64,000 nucleotides of DNA, taken from NCBI RefSeq assembly GCF_009914755.1, contig NC_060936.1; one strand, given 5' to 3'. Both the position numbers and the translations under genes were made by a program. The notes under the pieces are model-generated. The model did no database searches and was not told the origin of the DNA. It saw only the letters and a program-made list of their open reading frames with translations. Within the stretch, counting starts at the first letter, position 1; each line of letters opens with the position of its first letter. This document shows positions 40,775-53,865 of this stretch, one piece after another. Source of the stretch: the human T2T-CHM13v2.0 reference genome, Homo sapiens.

Positions 40775-41463
40775 GTCAGTGCTGAAACTAGAAATCCAAT
40801 TGCAAAATCTGTTTGAAAAAGTTTATTTTATAGAAGACTTGTTTATATGTTAATAATGAAAATGTTTTTTGCTCTGAATTTTTTTTTTCACAGAAGATCC
40901 TGTAGTTCTAAGATGGACAGAAATACCTATCCCTGTCAGTATCTATTATAATGAAGGTTTAATTAACAGGACTCTATAATGTATAAGGAATTTAGAAAAT
41001 TGAAGCTCAGAGGTGTTTTTTTGTTGTCTTGTTGTTATAAATTGCCCAATGTCACACAGCTAATAAACAATGGGAAATAAAGTAGGATCTCTCTAACATA
41101 TTTTTCCCCAGTATAGGCATCTGGCATCTATATCCATTCATATTCAACTGAATTTTGTGCAGTTAGCCTATTAAATATTTTTGTAGAAAAATAAAAAGGT
41201 GATTTCAAAGTGCAAATAATCTCTTCCTATCTCAAAATGAACAAGATGTTATCATCATCTTCCTTATAAATGGACCATCTACCAATGTTTTGGTGGTTTG
41301 GGGACAAAATGAAAAAGCAGTGTACAACTTATATAGATTATTTGTATAAAAGCCACACTGAATAGTTTATATGTATCCTAGAAGAAGTAATATTGAGTGC
41401 AAAAATTATGACGAGGAGAAAGCCAGGATGGGAAATGGGAGGGATGGGATGTGTGGGTTGGCT

Positions 41464-41502
41464 TGAGGGTGTATGTGAGGGTGTATGTGAGGGTGTATGT
41501 GA
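41464..41502. repeat. 12-bp tandem repeat (tgagggtgtatg)x3
   Basis: Read directly. Confidence 0.9.
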
Positions 41503-43504
41503 ATGTGAGGGCAGCATGTACAAAGGCCCTATGGTGAGGAGTTTAGAATGTGTAAGAAATTACAGAAACTGAAATCAGTGTGATTTGTCTTTAGAGGAAA
41601 ATGGAGGAGACTTTTAAGAGATGAGACATAGTAAGCCACATCATAAATGACAAAGTTTTCTATGCTAAGGGGCTTGGGCTTCATCTAAGAGTAATATAAA
41701 TCTGTTTAAAGTCTTAAACAAGGGAGGACAAGGATCACTTTTGTCATTTGAAAGACTGTTATTACTCAGATGTAGAAAATACATTATTTTCTTCACAGTA
41801 ACCCAATAAAGTAACATGGGAATTATCATCCATATTTTGATGTGTCTAAAGCTTGGTAAAGTTAAAGTGACCTTCTGCAAAAATATATTCATGCTATCTA
41901 AACTAGAACTTGAAGTTGTAAGACATTGATATAAATTGAGAATATGCCAGCACAGCCCTCTTATTAGGATGAGCACAGGCACGGCTGTTTATGGAATGGG
42001 GCAAGAGGGCAGGGACATCAGGGGCTTCCCTGAACACACTGACTTTTAAAGTTAATATGTTTGACCTCAGGGTTGTTAAGATTTTAACAAAATGATACTA
42101 CAAGAAGGGTTAAAGGAAAAGTCCATTTGTTCAATTTGCCGCTGAAACATTAATGGTCAGACAATGAGCAATGCAGAGACCATGATCAAAGGGCAGCTAC
42201 ATGTGTAGGTGCTTACTCCTTCCACAGCCTAGAGCAGGGCATTCCCCAATGGACAAACCATTAGTTCTCTTCCGTGATAATAAAATCTTTTTCTGATTCT
42301 GATGAAGACCCATGTCATGGACCTCTTCAACCAAGGATTTCCCAGAACTATGTTTCATGGACTTGTTTTTCCTAAATATCAATATGTGTTCAAAAAAAGA
42401 AGAGAAAGATCTAGCTCCTGAAATTTTACAAGTTTGATTGTGTTCTGATATTTTTAAAGCCTTTGAAATCAAATTGCATTATTTCCTTGATTAAAGAGTC
42501 TATAAATCTAATTTTTACTTAGTACTTTAACCCATTACTATCTCAGTGTAAATACTATTTAATAGTAGATATAGTATTCATATGCAAATATATTTGAATT
42601 GTAAAATAAGATGTATAAAAAGCTAAACATAAAAATTTTGGTGTCTATTTTGAAAAAGAATACACAAGGACTAACTAAATATTGGTCTTTAAGCATAAAT
42701 ATAATCTTATTCTTCTGAATATAATTATAAACAACATTTCCACGTAACTAAGTTATTTCTGTATCTGGTTAGTGCCTAAAGAGTGGTTTATATGATATTT
42801 GGAAGAAGCTATGTATCTTGATAAATAGTAATTAGGTTTTCATTTTATGATTTTATTTTTGGCTCAAATGATATATTTTCTGCAGCAGAATTTCTTTGTA
42901 ATTAGCAGAATTAAGTTAGTTGCTAATTTAAATTCAATGGATTGCTATTAGCTCTAAGGTCACTTTTATTTAAACCACTTATAGGAAGGGATCTTCATTA
43001 GTCTTTTCTACTCCAGAGGTTATTCTGGAGTAATTTTGGTACCAATAAGTGACCAATTGGTTAAAGACCAGATTGTTCCTAGTTTGTTTGACAGCTGATC
43101 TATATCATAGTATCTGGAAATAAGGATAAGATCTTGAGAGTTTAGTCTATATTACTTTAAGAATAAAGAGAATTATTACAAAAAAATCAGGTTTTCTAAA
43201 TATTTTTATTAAAAAGTAATTTTAATCTCAAAGGCAAAGTACCTGAAAGTATAAATGAGACGAATGACACATGGAATTATGTATACCCTTTTAAGATGGT
43301 AAAAGATCAATTGAAAACTAACATAAGTAAGCTAAAAATATTAGCATGATTTAAGAAAGAATCATCATTGTTTTTTCCACTGCTACTTCATTATAATTTT
43401 TGTTGTGCTTCTTGAAAAATAATTAAATGAAAGGGATGTGGGAACTTGGCTGAGGATTTATACTAGAGGGTAGTGAGAAAAAGTGTGACCCATTAATATT
43501 GGTA

Positions 43505-43935
43505 CTGTGTTAATATGTGTCCTCCAAGAAGCTGAAGCCAGGAAGATTAGCTATGTAAGAAATTAATTAATGGCAATGCATGGGAGGGAAAATAGAGAGG
43601 AAGCTGGTGGAGGCTTGGAAAAGTATTTTACTGAGATACAGGTCTGATCCCAGATGAAGGACAGAGGGAAGGAAGGAAAAAAGATTGTGTTGAAATGACT
43701 TGGACTGCACTGCACTTCTAAGAGTATGGTCATGCCACTGGAAAGTCTTCCATTCAAAAATGCATATCAGAGGAGTTTGCTGTCTTCCAGGAGCAGGCCT
43801 GGTTTAAAATTCCTCCCATGGTCAGTCATTGGCTAAGAACAGCCTGTGGAATGTGTGGCTTTGAATAAACACAGTGATGGATTTCTGAGTACGGCGTCTG
43901 GGACAGAGAATAAATTACACTCCTCAGAGTTGGGG
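43505..43935. mobile_element. Old MLT1-type MaLR LTR (tentative)
   Basis: tcctccaagaagctgaagccagg...caggtctgatccca...cagtcattggctaagaacagcctgtgg. Confidence 0.5.
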
Positions 43936-44885
43936 AGTGGCATATTCTCAGAGCTTCCATGATCTTAAATAATTACTTTTATCATTATATTATTTTGATA
44001 CTTCATTTCTCCTTCAACAACAAAAAGTACTCTGAAATGAGCTTCAAGTCAGGACTGGATTGTTCAAGAAAGGAAAGGAAATCCTGGACTATAATGTTAG
44101 CGGAAATTTTGTTATTTTCTTATATGAAGATTTTTATCAGTAAGGTAGATAGTTTTGCTTCTTTTATCAGACTTTGCCCTTAAAATGGATATACGTTTGC
44201 ATGTTTTGTGCAAACTTTCAAAGATAATTTAGTTTTGAAAATTATCTATTTAAAGAAAGTAAAAAATCCAATGACAGGCAATTCAATATTTAATCTAAGT
44301 GTGAGTTTCTATACAATAAAACTTAGTGAGTTTTTAGTGTCCATCCCCTGAGGAAGAGGCTGACAGGTAGGGAAATATGTGTAGTATGAAAGACTTAGTT
44401 TCTGTTCAAAGAAGAATTTCCTAAATATTAATTTGTTCCAGAAGTTGTTACTAAGGAGGTTTTAAAATATTTTTTAAAGTTTCTAAAAATAAAATACATT
44501 TATATTTCTCTGTAGCCATGGAAATGGCAATCTGTCCTCACCTCCTAGTCTGAATTGAAGTCCTGAGGTTACATTTCTGGGAGACCGGGGCTCATTTCTT
44601 TCAGGCCTATGACTGATTTCAGCCTGTCCCATAGTGGAAGGTCAGTTAGAAGACTACGGCAATAGTTCAAGAAAAAGATGAAAGTGGATTTCCAAAACAA
44701 AATGTCAATGATGAGAAAAAATATTATAACTAAAGGCTAGAATTTGTCATCTTACAAAAATGTCTGTGGTCGCATGATTTATATAGAATGTAATAATTGA
44801 AAAATATTAGTGTTTGTAATCTAAGACATAATAATGTATTTTACTAAATCAGGTTTGTGAATTATATATATTTTTATTTCACTAG

Positions 44886-45013
44886 AATACTCATTTGGGA
44901 AGATGGTAGCTTGGAAATCAATAACATTACAAGGAATGATGGAGGTATCTATACATGCTTTGCAGAAAATAACAGAGGGAAAGCTAATAGCACTGGAACC
45001 CTTGTTATCACAG
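44886..45013 (+). CDS. CNTN1: Contactin-1 exon 13: Ig5 second half (RILIWEDG...DGGIYTC...LVIT)
   Basis: ttcactag|AATAC...ACAG|gtaagt; 128 nt. Confidence 0.97.
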
Positions 45014-45283
45014 GTAAGTTAATGTTTGAGGGTGCTTAATTTCTAATGTATTAAAAAACATGATTCAGCACTAAGCATCTAAACAGTCAATGTATTTGTA
45101 AGTTTCTTTTTCAAAAGAATTTCAGGCAAGTTTCTTGCTTGATGATATTGTTCTTGGAATTTGGAAGTGAAAACATCTTATTATTTTGCACAAATAAAAA
45201 TATATTGGTTATTATTTTAATATACCAGATAATATTGTGTCTTATATCTTCTTGAATTGTGCTTTACATTTAAAAATATATAG

Positions 45284-45459
45284 ATCCTACGCGAATTATA
45301 TTGGCCCCAATTAATGCCGATATCACAGTTGGAGAAAACGCCACCATGCAGTGTGCTGCGTCCTTTGATCCTGCCTTGGATCTCACATTTGTTTGGTCCT
45401 TCAATGGCTATGTGATCGATTTTAACAAAGAGAATATTCACTACCAGAGGAATTTTATG
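45284..45459 (+). CDS. CNTN1: Contactin-1 exon 14: Ig6 first half (DPTRIILAP...MQC...QRNFM)
   Basis: atatatag|ATCCT...TATG|gtatgt; 176 nt. Confidence 0.96.
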
Positions 45460-48400
45460 GTATGTGTTTTAAGTTTCATCTTATTAACACCCCAGTGATT
45501 CCTATGTGTCTGCATTGAAAGTTCTATTACTATAATCACATTTTATATCATCTTTGTTTTTCATGAGACCAAAAAGCAGGCAAAAAAGCTTTCTGTGGTT
45601 CTCCTTATATTAACTGTTGTACTGCTAAATCTTTCTAAAATGGCTAGCCCTGAGGATTTTGGTATAAATATTAATCAATTAATATTAATTGGGCTTTAGG
45701 TATGATTTCCCCCTTAATTTTAATACAATTGATGTGTATTACATCAGTATATATGTGCCCTTGGTTCTAGTGCCTTCCTTTTTACTTTAAATGAAGAGCA
45801 TAGAACTTAATCTTTGTTATAATGATGATCTTAAAGCATTTATGTTATGCTTTAAGAGTAAGAAAGAGACAAAATTATATATGTTGGAGAATTTGGAGAA
45901 TTAGTTTATGTGATTTGAAGAGGGTTAAATGGCTATATTTTAAGAATTGAAAGGTGTTACATTCTACAAGTCCTATAAAATTAAACATAGTGATATAGAG
46001 AGTCAAGGTGTAGAAAGAAATAAAATAGAGGGAAAAGACTGAGAAGTAATGCAGGCAAAACAACTTGTGTAAGAACATTGTTGGTGTCTTGGTAGGCTGT
46101 CTAGGTTACAGTGTATTTAAAAAGTAAATTAATCACTGGCCCTATCAGCCTCTTCTTTAGAAAAGCAAACATTTGTAAGACTAAGGACATATTTAGAACA
46201 TAGGCATAATTAGGAAAACTTTTATTTTAGAAGTCAGTTATTAATATAAAAAAGAAGCACAAATGAACTCAGTAGGACATTTAGGATTGTTTAAGTCCCA
46301 TAAAATCTGAAGATTGATATGTACACATTATTATATTATGCTTTCATATTGTCCAGCTATGTTTTTAGCTTTAGAAGAGTTGTAATTTAACTGATCTAGC
46401 TACAACTGTACACCTCTAGTAAACATACCAATACTCTTTCAGTTTCTGAACCAAAATTATACTTTAAAGAATAACAATTGAGAATTGGCAGAGAACTGTA
46501 AATTTTGTATTTTGACATTATATACCATGTAATATATTTTCCTTATAGATCTGAAACTATTTTGCACATGCCCAAAATTAGTCAAATTGGCACCAAAATC
46601 TCCAATACTTTATTTAAAGTGTATTTTATTTTGCAAGAAAAGTAAATACAACTTGGGTTTTATTCATTTTAAAGGAAAAAAGTAAGCTAAACAGGGATCT
46701 TACTTTCTCAAAAAGTAGGCTTCTGAATTTGAAAGAATTATCTTTGGTGTTATAAATTGAATAATTTCAAAAGTAAAGTCTAGAAGTTCCACAACCATAG
46801 TTTATAAAGTAGTAACTAATAGCTGCAATGAAGTCTATGTAAATAAATTTGCAGACAAAAATTGCCCTAAACTGAAACTTCATATTTAGAGCTTATTTAT
46901 ATTCTTTAAAATACTAATTACATTGTGCTGGTACATGTAAATAATGACTGCAAAAAGAAAATGGAAAAAAAAAGGAATTTAAAGAGAAAGAAAAATAGAT
47001 CCCAGTCCCCTTTAAAAAAAAAAACAGGAAAACAAAGAAATAACTGGAATACTAATTAGGAAACAAATAATAAATTAGACCATAAAAATGTAAAAGACCT
47101 TGTGGCCACTTAGTGCACACTCTCCCTTTTCAGATGATAGCTGCAGAGATTCACATAGTTACCCCTCCAGCTAATCCAGAGCAGAGTCCTGACCGCAGGC
47201 TCACCACCTCAGGTTTCAGTTCATTCCATCAAATAATGATCTGACAGTGGGAGCAAACCTACTCAACTGACTAGATAAGCATCTTAATTGAATCAGAATA
47301 TCAAATGCACATGTTTAGCACTTCATAGATGGACAGATGCATTCAATTATCTCGATTTTTAAAAAGCCTGGATAAGAATCATTTTAAAATAAATAGTTAA
47401 ACTGAATTCTATCTTTCAAACCAACACAAGACTAATGAAGCTATCCCTGGCACCTTCCTTCTCTTTTAAGGCAAACTACAAAGTTAAACTTCACTGGTCA
47501 ATATGCCATGCAAAATTTAAGTAAAAACGCTATAAATATTTGATCCACCTTTTGGAAGATAGTCCTAACAGCTATTAATTGCTTCTAGGATTGTTAATAG
47601 ATCATTCTCAGAATTAGTGGCTCCTCCTATGAAAATCTTAGTGAATATATATATGTCTCTTAAATAATGATTTGGTATTTTATGTAGTTCTCCCAATATT
47701 TCAACAATTGAATAGCATTTGTTCATTAAGAATATGTACTAAGCACATGCCATAAGCAGACACAGTTGTAGGCACTAGGTTAAATAAAACACTGAAATAG
47801 ACATGGACACCAGCCCAAAATAAACCAATGATACCCCAAGAGTTTAAGATTCAGATGTAAATGTTTTTTGGTAGCTATTACAGTTAACAAAACCAACATA
47901 ATTAACATGTTCTAACAATTTTCATTGCTAAAAACTAATAGAGGAAGTTCTGACTAATAATAAAAAGGAATAGGGAAATCAAATTTTAAACTTTTTATTT
48001 CAAGAACCTAAGTTTTTATTTTCCAATTTAGTTTCAATAATAAATTGAATTCAATAATTAAGTATGCACTGATTTTAGCTTGCTATTCTTGATTTTAACC
48101 ACTAAGGGGCAACCTTGTATAAGGATTCAAATTTCACAGCCCGGTGTAATTTGGGGCTTCTTTTCCTTCATGAAATTAAACAAATGCATTTGCTCCTACT
48201 TATGAATAAATTGTGAGATTATAGGTGATTTTTAAATGTCTTCTTTATATTTTTTCTAATTAAAGTTATGTAATTATTAGGAAAAATGTAACTGTACATT
48301 TTTAAAGATGTATATTTCTTTTAAGAGTTTAATGGGAACACCAAAAAAGCAAAAATAACACTGTCTTTGTATTTAGTAATCCTACTTTATGTAAAACTTT

Positions 48401-49049
48401 AGGATTAATTTATTTTTTAATGTAACTTTCAATTTTAAGGCAGTAATTGCACACCTAGTACTGATTATAGAAAAACACTAAGGAGTTAAACATCTAAAAA
48501 TTTCCTGAGTATTATATTAATATGTAATAATTGTCAGATGTTCCACTGGAACTTGAACTCATGCATGGGGGATGTTAAAAATACAAGCTCGAAGCAGAAA
48601 TTTAATAAATCTGAGGCTTTGATACAATAAGATATTAAAGCAGTTTATCTGCCATTCTTTTATTTTGTTGATGTTATATGGCAAATGATCATAAATGTTT
48701 CAAGTCCAATTATAAAGTGGCTCCTGTTTTGGCTTTCTAATTCAATAGCTACTTAATGCCTTGGAGTAAATACAAAAGGCAGAGCCATTTTATTTATTCA
48801 TTTAATGTATAACTTTTCTTGTTCCAGAAAAGACTTAAGACAATCTATCAAAAATATGAATTTTAAATATCTCATTTTATTCCTCTTTCAAGGTGGCACC
48901 TAACCTGTAGAATTTTTCAGTAGCCCTCAATTTTTGACATTCACTTTGGGTCATTTTCTTTCAACTGTTTAACAACATTCCCTGCTTAGAGCCATTAAGT
49001 TAGTTAATTACATGAGTTCCTTAAAATTTCCAGTTTTGGAGATTGTCAC

Positions 49050-49055
<6 letters not shown>

Positions 49056-49098
<43 letters not shown>
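49056..49098. repeat. (TA)n(CA)n microsatellite
   Basis: Read directly. Confidence 0.95.
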
Positions 49099-49119
<21 letters not shown>

Positions 49120-49229
49120 GTATTACTCTTATTACAAATACATGTTAAATTTGTAATACTGTGGGACATTATTGCCTGTCTTATATGAATTCATAAATAT
49201 CACTTGAATTGTTCAGAGATTGTGTCACA

Positions 49230-49470
49230 AACCAACCTGGGCTTTAGGCTTCATTTTCTCACCTCTTATGTGGTGACTCTGATCCAGGGATTAAAATTCT
49301 CTAAGCCTCAGAATTTCCCTCTGTAAAACGTGATTAATCATTCACTTACTTCATTCAGGTTACTTCACTGGGTTTGAAAAACTAGTTACTTCATGAAAGA
49401 GTGCATATAGAGACTTGGCACAGCATCTGAGAGTATTGGGGACACGAATAAAGTATATAAGTGGTTATTA
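49230..49470 (+). mobile_element. MIR SINE (probable donor of the 31-bp copy at 51621)
   Basis: ctctaagcctcagaatttccctctgtaaaa core and ggcacagc...aataaa 3' end. Confidence 0.7.
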
Positions 49471-49689
49471 ATACTTTTTATAAGAGAGCAATCATCCCCC
49501 ATTGGAAATTCCAGAAGCTTTTGCTAGCTAGTTTTTCTTTCTTTCTTTTTTTTTTTTTTTTTTTTTTTTGAGCCACAGATCTCATTTTTCACAATTTAAT
49601 ACTTGCACTGCTTGCTGTGCTGGATACTTAGACTGAGACCAAAAAAAAAAAAAAATCTGGGTATTTCATTGCTGAAGGCAGTGAAGAGG

Positions 49690-49950
49690 TAATAATAGCC
49701 AACATTTATTGTGGGCTTACTGTTTAGACAGAATTGGGTTAAATGTTTTTCACATATTTCTCAGTTGATCTTCACAGAAATCCTCTGTGGAGTGCATATT
49801 ATTGTGATTTTCTCAGTTTTCAAAGTGAGGAAAGTGAGTATTAGAAAAGTTGAGTAACTGGTCCCATGTAATCATACAAGTCGCTAGAGGCTAACAGAAG
49901 ATTTGATACCAGGTGGCCTGACTGCCAACCCTGTAATCTCCACCACTTTG
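49690..49950 (-). mobile_element. MIR SINE
   Basis: aatagccaacatttattg...gtgaggaaagtgag...gatttgataccagg. Confidence 0.7.
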
Positions 49951-50565
49951 ATTCATCTTTTGGTTAATGTTCATGTCTGTGTCTATTTAAATAATTCTCC
50001 CATAAGTATTTGATGCTCTACAAGGCAATACTGTTCAATTCACATTTTATTCTCTAATCTGGTTTAATGAACCTTGTATGCTCACTCAGATTGCCCAAAT
50101 TACTTCATTCTCCCTACACTGTTGGCCACCTTTGCAATACACTGTAAGTCATGTCTACACAGTTTCAAGTGGTCTAACTATGAAGTTCCTGGCAATTCCT
50201 AATGATCCCCTGTAGACAGGTATGCTAGGTGTGTGTTTGCAGGTATGTGGGTGTGCATTTTTTCTGAGTGCATAAGCAATACCATTCAAGAGAGAAGAAG
50301 ACAGATTTCTCACCCAAACGTTATTTTCCTTTTTTAAAGAAAAATTTTATTAAACATATCAAAAAAGGTCTTTAGATTTTACAAATATGTATTTAAAACT
50401 AGATCATGCTGTGTTCTTGTACAGAAATTTTGTTTCTGCAAGACAAGAAAAAGGAGAGGAAAAATGATAAAACAGAAGTCAATTTGTTTGTTTTTTTTTT
50501 TTTACAATTTAATCTTTTATTTTTATTTACATTTTATGTAGAATGCTTATAACTAGAAAGAAAGG

Positions 50566-50783
50566 TTTCTTTTTTTATATACTTTAAGTTTTAGGGTACA
50601 TGTGCACATTGTGCAGGTCACATATGTATACATGTGCCATGCTGGTGCGCTGCACCCACTAACTCGTCATCTAGCATTAGGTATATCTCCCGATGCTATC
50701 CCTACCCCCCCTCCCCCCACCCCACAACAGTCCCCAGAGTGTGATATTCCCCTTCCTGTGTCCATGTGATCTCATTGTTCAAT
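50566..50783 (-). mobile_element. Young L1 3' end, L1PA2-like, severely 5'-truncated
   Basis: Antisense L1 3'UTR with GAG rather than the ACA diagnostic (gctagatgacGAGttagtgg) and aaacttaaagtata. Confidence 0.88.
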
Positions 50784-50804
50784 ATTTCATTGTCTCTATT
50801 CACT

Positions 50805-51185
<381 letters not shown>

Positions 51186-51329
51186 TAAGATTATCCAGAA
51201 TTATGTGGGAGAAAACGAGGACGGTTGGGCAATAATCCTTGGTAAGAATCAGATTCGAGCCGAAAAAAATTAGAGCAGGATACCAGGCAGCCACAGGGAG
51301 ATCGTGGAAGCCCTGAAGTATTGTAACTT

Positions 51330-51379
51330 TGGTCCCATGTGGAGACATTTTTGGTTATCACAACTGTAGAGGTGTTGAG

Positions 51380-51414
<35 letters not shown>

Positions 51415-51518
51415 TGCATCTATTTAGCTATTAAATATCCTATAATGCACAAGACAGATTCCAAAAACCTAGTATTATCTGGCCCAAATTATCAATAGAA
51501 CCAAGCTTGAGAAACGTC
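51330..51518 (+). mobile_element. MER20 fragment containing a (GT)15 microsatellite (51383-51412)
   Basis: ggagacatttttggttatcacaact...atcctataatgcacaagacag...ttatctggcccaaa...ttgagaaac. Confidence 0.8.
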
Positions 51519-52160
51519 CTCAAGAAAGATATTAAAAAAGAGACTTAGCAATACTGGGACTAGCCACTGCAAGGTTTTAAGCATGATGTATTGGAAACAA
51601 AGAGATGTTATATTGTTTTGAGCATCTGAGAGTATTGGGGACACGAATAAAAAGAAACTAGATTTTTCAAAATGCATATCCAAAATAGTTTAAGTAGTAG
51701 AGGATGGGTTTTATGTGCTTCTTGAATTTAAGACTCTTAAATTTTGATGAGCAGTGGAAAAGAGGGAGAAATACATAAAAAGTATACAGGCTCCTGGCAC
51801 AGTCTTGTGACACACAAAACATACAAAAGCATTCGGCCAATGTCAAATTGCTCTATTTTTCTTATCAGTAGTTAGTTGGAAAAGAGTTAATTAGATAATT
51901 CTATCATACTTCATTCTGTATGAATATATAACTTTTCTGATCCCCTTTTTACTACCTTAATAAACCTTTACTGATACCTAACTGCTATATTTTATTTGCT
52001 ATTTACCAGTGTTAAACGAAGGAAGGTATCTATGTTCCTGGGTGTGTTTTCAGTTGGGCTAGCTTCTTTTAAGATCATCACACTTCCCATGTATAGACCA
52101 TGTTAGCTGATGTCACTCTCTAGCCTAACTTCTCATAGTCCTTACTAAGCATTTGTTGAT

Positions 52161-52237
52161 AAGAATGCCAGGTGAATGGAATTAAGCATATATATATATA
52201 AGAATGCCAGGTGAATGGAATTAAGCATATATATATA
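52161..52237. repeat. 39-bp tandem duplication
   Basis: aagaatgccaggtgaatggaattaagcatatatatata occurs twice. Confidence 0.95.
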
Positions 52238-52757
52238 ATATAATATATAAAATGTCCATTCTGATCACTTTTTTCTACAAAGTGGTCCAAGAAGATTTTT
52301 AGAACTCTAAAGCTAAGGGGAACCAACTTGAAAACCATATAAATTAAATGATATATGAGTTGTATTTCAACTCTAAAACATAGGTTCCAAATCAAAGGCA
52401 TTGATGTTTTTGTCCATCATTCAAAATGCTTAGGAGAAACCTCAAAGAAAATGGTCTTTTGAGTTTTCATTTAAAATGGCCAGCTGATCAAAATTGGACT
52501 CTTCAGCTGTCATTCTCGTTGTTTATTACATACAAAAATAGCCAAATTTAGAGATTTTCAACACGTCTACTCTTAATTTATATGCAAACACACTCTTAGT
52601 AATTATCTTAGTAATCTTAGAAATTATCCTGGACAACTTGCCTTATTTATTTTTTTGTATGTCCAATGACATCACTTCACTTTAATAAGTTGTTTTGTCA
52701 TTTTATTTATGTTTTTGACTCAATCTTAATATTGATGCATTTCTTAAAATAACCCTA

Positions 52758-53075
<318 letters not shown>

Positions 53076-53719
53076 CTAATGTCTTTAGAAATTGCTGATG
53101 AGTTGATGAGTTGAGTAGTATTGATATCATAATATCCGGAATTTATTTTTCAAGTGTTCAGTCCTAGACAGAAAGACAGAGATAGTGGACAGAGAGAAGT
53201 AAATATAGAGCTAGTTAGCTAGACAATTAGATAAGGCAAATATGGCAAAAAGTTTACAATTGTTAATCTAGTTGGCTGGTTTATAGATGGTGATAGTACT
53301 ATTCTTTCTACTTATGCTTGAAAATTTAAATAGCAAAAAAATAAGTAAACTAACAACATATCATATATGAAGAAGCACCACATCTACTTACCAAACACTG
53401 AACCTAAATCCAGTTATCTGATCTATTAAGCACTACCTTGGAAACAGCTTGACTTGGTGAAACTAGGGCTATATATTACCTATGGAGCCTTCCACAAGTA
53501 GCTTAATGTAAAATCTCAAGGTCCTTATTTCTAAAATGGGAATATTAATAGTAAATCTTTGGGTAGTGTTACTTCTGGAACTCAGAAGTGAAAAGGAGAT
53601 AGTCCTAGTTTCATTATTAGGGCTATGAAATTATAAATATAATTACATAAATTGAATAAGAAAATGTATGTAAAGTAGCTAGCACATTGCTAGACATTTA
53701 AAAAACATTCAGTAAATTA

Positions 53720-53865
53720 GATTTGGTAATAGTAGGAGTTCAATAGTAGTATCAGTAGTGGCAGTAACAATAGAAGTTATATTAGCCATTTTAATAGTAA
53801 TAGGAGCAGTTTTAGTAGTATTAATAGCGACACTAGTAATATTAGTGGCTATAGTTATAGTAGTT
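53720..53865. repeat. Degenerate (TAG/TAA)n low-complexity tract between MIR remnants
   Basis: Trinucleotide periodicity (agtagtattaatagc...). Confidence 0.7.
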
